A stretch of DNA of 64,000 bases from Pseudomonadota bacterium. Its GTDB lineage: Bacteria > Pseudomonadota > Gammaproteobacteria > Burkholderiales > JACQAP01. The notes beneath the pieces were generated by a model. The model was not told where the DNA came from, did no database searches, and worked only from the letters and a program-made list of their open reading frames with translations. The position numbers and the translations under genes were made by a program. Positions 59,347 through 64,000 of this stretch are shown in pieces. Within the stretch, counting starts at the first letter, position 1; the number at the start of each line of letters is the position of its first letter. The stretch spans positions 44,555 through 108,554 of the forward strand of contig JBBPIT010000005.1 of assembly GCA_038040175.1 (NCBI GenBank). The letters run 5' to 3'.

Positions 59347-60357
59347 TCAGGCCTTGTCGGCGGCCTGCACGGCCTCGACCAGAGCCTTACCCTTTGGCCC
59401 GGCCTTGGCAACAAAGCCATTGATGACCGGCCCCATCTTCGAGCGGAAGCTTGCTATGTCGGGGTTCGGATTCGCCTTGATCAGTCTGGCGAGCTCGTTC
59501 CAGGCGTTCTGCTGCGCCTTGAGGTTTGCTTCCCACATGTCTTTCTGCACGGCTTCGACGGCCGCGTCGCGAATCACCTTCTGGACGTTGGGCGGCAGCG
59601 ACGCCATCTTCTTGGCGCTCGCCATCATCGACACCTCGGTGAAGATGTGGTGCGTGCGAGTTACGAAGCCGGCGACCTCGTAGTTCTTGCTGGAGTAGAT
59701 GTAGTCGGCCGGCGCCTCGAACGCGTCGATCACGCCGGTCTGCAGCGCCGTGTAAATTTCCCCCGCCGGGATCGGCGTCGGATTGGCACCGAGCGCCTTA
59801 GCCATTTCGACCCAGGTCGGAATCTCGGGTACACGCAGGCGCAGCCCGCGAACGTCGTCGGCCGTTTGGATCGGCTTCTTCGACAGGAAGACGCGAAAGC
59901 CCGAGGCGCCGAGCGAGAGCACCTCGACACCGAGGGAGTCCTGCGCGTCCTTGCAGACCTGCTGGCCGATCGGCCCGTACAGGACTGTCTTCACATGATC
60001 ATAGTTGTTGAACAGGAACGGCAGCGAGACGAACCCGAACTGCGGTTGCCAATTGCCCAGCGTGCCCAGGTCGGTCCAGCACAGGTCGAGCGTGCCGAGT
60101 TGCAGCGCCTCGGCCGAGGTGCGGAGATTAAAAAGCTGGGATGCAGGACGGATGCTGATCGTGACCGCGCCATTCGTGCCCTGCTTGACCTTCTCGGCGA
60201 ATTTCTCAGCCACGCCGTGGATCAGATGGGATGTCGGAACATGGTGCGAGAACACCAGATTGATCGGCGCCGTTTGTCCCCAACTCCGCCGCGACAGAGT
60301 CGCTACGCCAGCGGCCGCGGCGCCATACTTCAACAGGGTACGTCTGGAAATCGCCAT
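59347..60357 (-). CDS. dctP: TRAP transporter substrate-binding protein (Tat signal)
   Basis: SRRTLLK leader; SLPFLF, GLRLRVP, GANPTPI...EIYTALQTGVID. Confidence 0.92.
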   Translation of the reverse strand: MAISRRTLLKYGAAAAGVATLSRRSWGQTAPINLVFSHHVPTSHLIHGVAEKFAEKVKQGTNGAVTISIRPASQLFNLRTSAEALQLGTLDLCWTDLGTLGNWQPQFGFVSLPFLFNNYDHVKTVLYGPIGQQVCKDAQDSLGVEVLSLGASGFRVFLSKKPIQTADDVRGLRLRVPEIPTWVEMAKALGANPTPIPAGEIYTALQTGVIDAFEAPADYIYSSKNYEVAGFVTRTHHIFTEVSMMASAKKMASLPPNVQKVIRDAAVEAVQKDMWEANLKAQQNAWNELARLIKANPNPDIASFRSKMGPVINGFVAKAGPKGKALVEAVQAADKA

Positions 60358-60724
60358 TGTTACCTCCCTCCTTTGCGCGTCAGCGCGATGCGATGCCATC
60401 TTCTTGTGTGTCAGACGCAACGCCGCCGCCGCGCCACTGGCCTGTGTTCCCGATGCTGAAACCAGTTTAACGGCTCCAGCGCGCTGATGGCAATCCAAAG
60501 CCTTTTCCAACGGGGTTTGAGTCTGGGGAAATCAGAGGGTCAGGGCTATACGTTATAGGTGTCTGGCGGTTGATCTGTTTACAACTTTTCCACAGTCGAT
60601 TCCCGCGCGCTGACTCGCCTTGCTTCCAGCGCTCGACAAATGCGGACAGACCCTGAGGTCTATTAGTCAGTTCGGGGAAGAATCCACTAAGGTCCTGACC
60701 CTCGTTTAACTCCAGGATCGGGTA

Positions 60725-60765
60725 TCCCATGATGGGAACTAAATACAGTTCCCAAATATGGGAAC
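60725..60765. promoter_or_regulatory. Tandem palindromic operators upstream of higB
   Basis: TCCCATGATGGGA (60725-60737) and GTTCCCA-AATA-TGGGAAC (60748-60765). Confidence 0.65.
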
Positions 60766-60807
60766 TTTTGTGGTAGTGTGGCGTCGTGAAAGGTAAGAAG
60801 AACGCCG

Positions 60808-61101
60808 ATGCAGATAGTGGGGCGAGACAAGCTCGATGAATTCACTGGCGAGCACACGGATGCCAAATCCTGGATCGACAACTGGGTTGCCGATACCAGG
60901 TTGGCTACGTGGGAAAAGCCCCAGGACATCAAGAGCTCCTATGCATCGGCGAGTTTTCTGGCAGACAACGTGGTCATTTTTAGCGTGAAGGGCAATCGAT
61001 ACAGGCTGGAAGTGATTGTCGCCTACAAGACCGGGACGGTGGTGATTCTCAGGATCTCCACCCATGCCGAATATTCGAAGGCCAAGAAGCACAAGAAATG
61101 A
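60808..61101 (+). CDS. higB: HigB-family toxin (mRNA interferase)
   Basis: W..PQDIK..Y.SAS, VIFSVKGNRYRL, THAEY. Confidence 0.9.
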   Translation: MQIVGRDKLDEFTGEHTDAKSWIDNWVADTRLATWEKPQDIKSSYASASFLADNVVIFSVKGNRYRLEVIVAYKTGTVVILRISTHAEYSKAKKHKK

Positions 61102-62303
61102 TGGAACCGAAAATCGTCAAGACCGAAGATCAGTACAAGGCCTATCTGGCTGAGGTCGAGCGGTTCGCTGCCGAAGACCCTGCTCCGGGTACGCCGGATG
61201 GCGATCGCCTTGAACTTCTGGCGAAGCTCGTAGCGGACTATGAGGACGAACGTTACAAATTCGCCCGCCCGACCCCGGTCGAAGCCATTCGGTTTCGCAT
61301 GGAAGAAAAAGGGTTGAAGCAAAAGGACCTTGCACCGATCCTCGGCGGAAAGAATCGAGTCTCCGAGATTCTTTCGCAAAAGCGGCCTCTGACGCTATCC
61401 ATGGTACGAGCACTGAGCGAGCGGCTTGGCATATCACCAAGTCTGCTCATTCATGAGCCAAAGACACAGGAGTATGAGGACGAAGAACCGTACGAGAGCC
61501 AAATTTCACTACCCCATCTGGTCAAGTCGGGGTTGTTTCCGGATCACGAGGCGACGCGACTCACTACGAGCGCCATTGTTCAGCGGTATCTGAAGCCAAC
61601 GCATGGGCCCTTGTATCTGAAGCGCACGATTACATACGGTGCAACACCAACGACCAACAAGACCAATTTGAAGATTTGGGTTGGCAGGGTACGTGAGCTC
61701 GCCAACGCCTCCCGTCGAGAACGTGGGACTTGGCGCCAGGGGACGATTGATGAAGATTTCCTCTCTTATGTCGCGCATCTTAGCTGGATAGAAAAAGGAC
61801 CACGCCTCGCGCGCGAATTTCTCGCTGAGAAAGGTATAGCACTAATCATCTTGCCTGCCTTGGCTCAAACAAAACTCGATGGAGCGGCTATGCTCGATCA
61901 GGAAGGCGCGCCAGTTATTGGCCTGACAATTCGACAAGATCGCTTGGATAATTTTTGGTTCACGTTGCTTCACGAGATAGTTCATGCGTGGAAGCATCTG
62001 CCAGAGAACGACATAGCAATCACCGACGAGAGCGTCGAAGATGGGCATGACGACGACTCGAAAGAGACAGAGGCGAATCGTCTTGCGAGAGAAACGTTTA
62101 TCCCGAGATCGCTCTGGAAGCGTAACGAAGCTTTCCTGCGGCCTTCCTTTGAAACAATTCACGCATTGGCGGATAAACTAAAAATTAGTCCAGCGATAAT
62201 CGCTGGCCGCTTGCGTCGTGAGAAGACAGGCTATGGTGCATTCGGAAAACTGGTCGGCTACAACCAGGTGCGAAAGCTGTTTCCTGAAGTGAAGTGGGGT
62301 TAA
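61098..62303 (+). CDS. HigA-type HTH antitoxin fused to an ImmA/IrrE (M78) metallopeptidase
   Basis: PTPVEAIRFRMEEKGLKQKDL...VSEIL..KRPLTL, then DGAA, RLDNFWFTLLHEIVH and E.EAN. Confidence 0.9.
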   Translation: MMEPKIVKTEDQYKAYLAEVERFAAEDPAPGTPDGDRLELLAKLVADYEDERYKFARPTPVEAIRFRMEEKGLKQKDLAPILGGKNRVSEILSQKRPLTLSMVRALSERLGISPSLLIHEPKTQEYEDEEPYESQISLPHLVKSGLFPDHEATRLTTSAIVQRYLKPTHGPLYLKRTITYGATPTTNKTNLKIWVGRVRELANASRRERGTWRQGTIDEDFLSYVAHLSWIEKGPRLAREFLAEKGIALIILPALAQTKLDGAAMLDQEGAPVIGLTIRQDRLDNFWFTLLHEIVHAWKHLPENDIAITDESVEDGHDDDSKETEANRLARETFIPRSLWKRNEAFLRPSFETIHALADKLKISPAIIAGRLRREKTGYGAFGKLVGYNQVRKLFPEVKWG

Positions 62304-62305
62304 AT

Positions 62306-62518
62306 ATGCGCGGAGCCTATTGTTACTTGCCTATTCTCCCTGCAAGAGGTGGAGCGTTCCGCGCAGTAGGCGCTCTTTCGCCGTCCGCCCGCTCCCGCGT
62401 GACACCAATGTTTGACGTTCGAGCCGTTCTTCTTAAGAACGGTAAAACTATTGAGAGTTATCTTGGCGAGCGAGCCAAAGGAATCCACAAATGTTGGGAG
62501 CCAGAACGGCCAGTATAA
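62306..62518 (+). pseudogene. Truncated beta-family protein (T4 beta-like)
   Basis: Y.PIL..R.G...A...L....R..VTP.FDV matches the beta-protein N-terminus. The ORF stops at 70 aa inside a tandem repeat. Confidence 0.6.
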
Positions 62519-62557
62519 ATGAAGGGGTCAGGTCTTATAAATGAAGGGGTCAGGTCT
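62514..62557. repeat. 22-bp perfect tandem repeat of a GGGGTCAGGTCT-type REP
   Basis: TATAAATGAAGGGGTCAGGTCT twice. Confidence 0.9.
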
Positions 62558-62612
62558 TGTTTCTTGCAGGGATCAGAGGGACATCCCTCGGGACTTCGGC
62601 TACCCTGGGCAT

Positions 62613-62710
62613 GGCGCGTTGCTGTTCGACCTTTGGTTCGAGGTGCCGCACCGGCCGACCCGCGACGCGGACTTTCTCGGATTCGGCCCGCAAGATGCCG
62701 CGGTTCTCGG
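62613..62710 (+). pseudogene. Fragment of an AbiEii-type nucleotidyltransferase toxin
   Basis: GALLFDLWFEVPHRPTRDADFLGFG matches the KG.LL...R.T.D.D motif. Confidence 0.7.
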
Positions 62711-62761
62711 CGAACGTTGGGTGGATCTGAGCCTCGAGGACTCGATACGCCTCAGCGGCGC

Positions 62762-62925
62762 GCGGAGGCCTGGTTGAAGCAGCATCCCGACGACGTCGTG
62801 CTGCTGCTTACGCTGGGCCGGCTGTGCGCCCAGCTCGAGCTGTAGGGCAAGGGGCAGAGCTATCTCGACGCGAGCATCGCGATCGAGCCCACCTACACGG
62901 CGCATCGCGCGCTGGCGCAGCTGCG
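62762..62925 (+). pseudogene. 3' fragment of a HemY-like TPR protein with nonsense mutation
   Basis: AEAWLKQHPDDVVLLLTLGRLCAQLEL*GKGQSYLDAS. TAG replaces the conserved Trp of LWGKA. Confidence 0.7.
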
Positions 62926-63141
62926 CACGGTGTCGGGCGGCCGGCGGCGCATGCCGTTGTAGCTACGGGTGATGGGGTGACGAAGTGATACAGTGACGGG
63001 CTGACTCCAATGACCCGGGAAGCTGAATGTCAGACCCGAATCTCTGAACCCGAGCGCAGAAATCGAGTCTGACCCTTGGGTTCATCACATCACAAAAAAC
63101 GAGTCGGATCCTAGAGTTCATCAAATCAAGGCACACCATCC

Positions 63142-63351
63142 ATGAAAAAACCAATACGCTCCGCGAAAGCTCCTGCCAGCGGAAAAGGAAGTTTGCCTGG
63201 CGCGTTCAACAAACCCGGGCGCGGCGACCCGGACACCAGTGGGCCGGCCAACCGGCAGGAAGTCCGACAGGTGACCCACAGGGTGAATGTCCCCCGCACC
63301 TCACAGCGTCCCGTCGAACGCAGCAACCAACGGCGCAGCCGCCGCCCTTGA
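63142..63351 (+). CDS. Possible small basic hypothetical protein
   Basis: 69-aa ORF with ATG; no family recognised. Confidence 0.3.
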   Translation: MKKPIRSAKAPASGKGSLPGAFNKPGRGDPDTSGPANRQEVRQVTHRVNVPRTSQRPVERSNQRRSRRP

Positions 63352-63483
63352 TCGGATACGTCACTGCGCTACCGTAGAGCGGGTTGTCTGGTCACGCGTC
63401 ACGCCGCTCGCGGAGCGGGGTGAGCTCGAGGGCGGCGGCAATGACCGGCTTCGCCCACTCCGGTGCGCGCGGGCTGTTGCTTT

Positions 63484-63572
63484 TATCCTGAGCGCAGCAA
63501 AGGATCTGCTTTTAAAATCGATCAATCAGTTAGAAAAGCGGATTCTTCGTCGCTACGCTCCTCAGAATGACA
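63484..63572. repeat. REP-like element (TGTCATTCTGAG.../...CTCAGAATGACA family)
   Basis: ATCCTGAGCGCAGCAAAGGATCT ... GATTCTTCGTCGCTACGCTCCTCAGAATGACA imperfect inverted pair. Confidence 0.75.
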
Positions 63573-63573
63573 T

Positions 63574-63781
63574 TGACGCGCTGTTGCCGGTGGCGACACT
63601 CATCGATCTGAACCGGAAGCGCTCTGAATGGAACCCCAAGTTCGGGATCGGCGCGGGCTACGATTTTTCCAGCGGTCTGGGCCTGCGCCTGGTATATGAG
63701 CGCGTCAGCAATGTCGGCGACGCGAGGACCGGGGACGGCAATGTCGGCATGTGGTCGCTAGGCCTGACCAAGCGCTACTAA
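63574..63781 (+). pseudogene. C-terminal remnant of an OmpA-like beta-barrel protein
   Basis: KFGIGAGYDF...LRLVYER...VG...TG.GNV.MWSLGL..RY*; 5' part replaced by a REP. Confidence 0.7.
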
Positions 63782-63797
63782 ACCTGATTCGATCCGG

Positions 63798-63833
63798 ATA
63801 AAAAGCCCGGTCTTGGCCGGGCTTTTTATTTTA
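63798..63833. terminator. Bidirectional intrinsic terminator
   Basis: ATAAAAAGCCCGG-TCTTGG-CCGGGCTTTTTAT. Confidence 0.85.
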
Positions 63834-64000
63834 GTTGCAGTCCGAAGCCGCCGACGGCGCGCCCCTTGGAGGCTTCGCGTTTGGAGACAACGCGCCTCAA
63901 GCGATGCCGGCAAGCAGGCCCCGGTGAAGGTATTGCGAAACGCGCGGCGGGCCGCACTGGCCGCTATACTGGTGACATCCGCCTCGCTCCCCGGTCCCCA

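Noticed and set aside
62514..62557. 22-bp direct repeat as a CRISPR remnant
   Set aside because: Two abutting copies with no spacer; fits a REP-type tandem duplication.

Overview
GC-rich bacterial chromosomal window. Gene content and order point to a betaproteobacterium (inference). Positions 1-52.8 kb are mostly core and metabolic genes. These include a radical SAM gene end, a Tat-leader HDAC-family deacetylase, trpB2, a HEAT/GT2 pair, a sigma54/NtrC-type ybiB-PP2C unit, a split PuuD-like locus and a probable lanthanide-type PQQ alcohol dehydrogenase with XoxJ-like and cytochrome c partners. They continue with dut-coaBC-radC-rpmB-rpmG, purMN, hda-pcnB-folK-panBC and a large fatty-acid/CoA catabolic cluster with a LIV-type ABC transporter. 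Two conserved genes (AI-2E transporter, deoxynucleoside kinase) carry large in-frame internal deletions. From about 52.9 kb the window becomes an accessory, scar-rich zone. It holds gene remnants, a truncated IS110 element whose left end retains a bridge-RNA-like structure apparently programmed against the genome's own CCCTCTCCC REP family, several toxin-antitoxin modules, and a TRAP/Baeyer-Villiger cluster. It ends with a lower-GC higB / HTH-ImmA(IrrE) / beta-protein operon flanked by GGGTCAG-type repeats. No rRNA, tRNA or CRISPR array was seen. All calls come from motif recognition by eye; no database searches were run.
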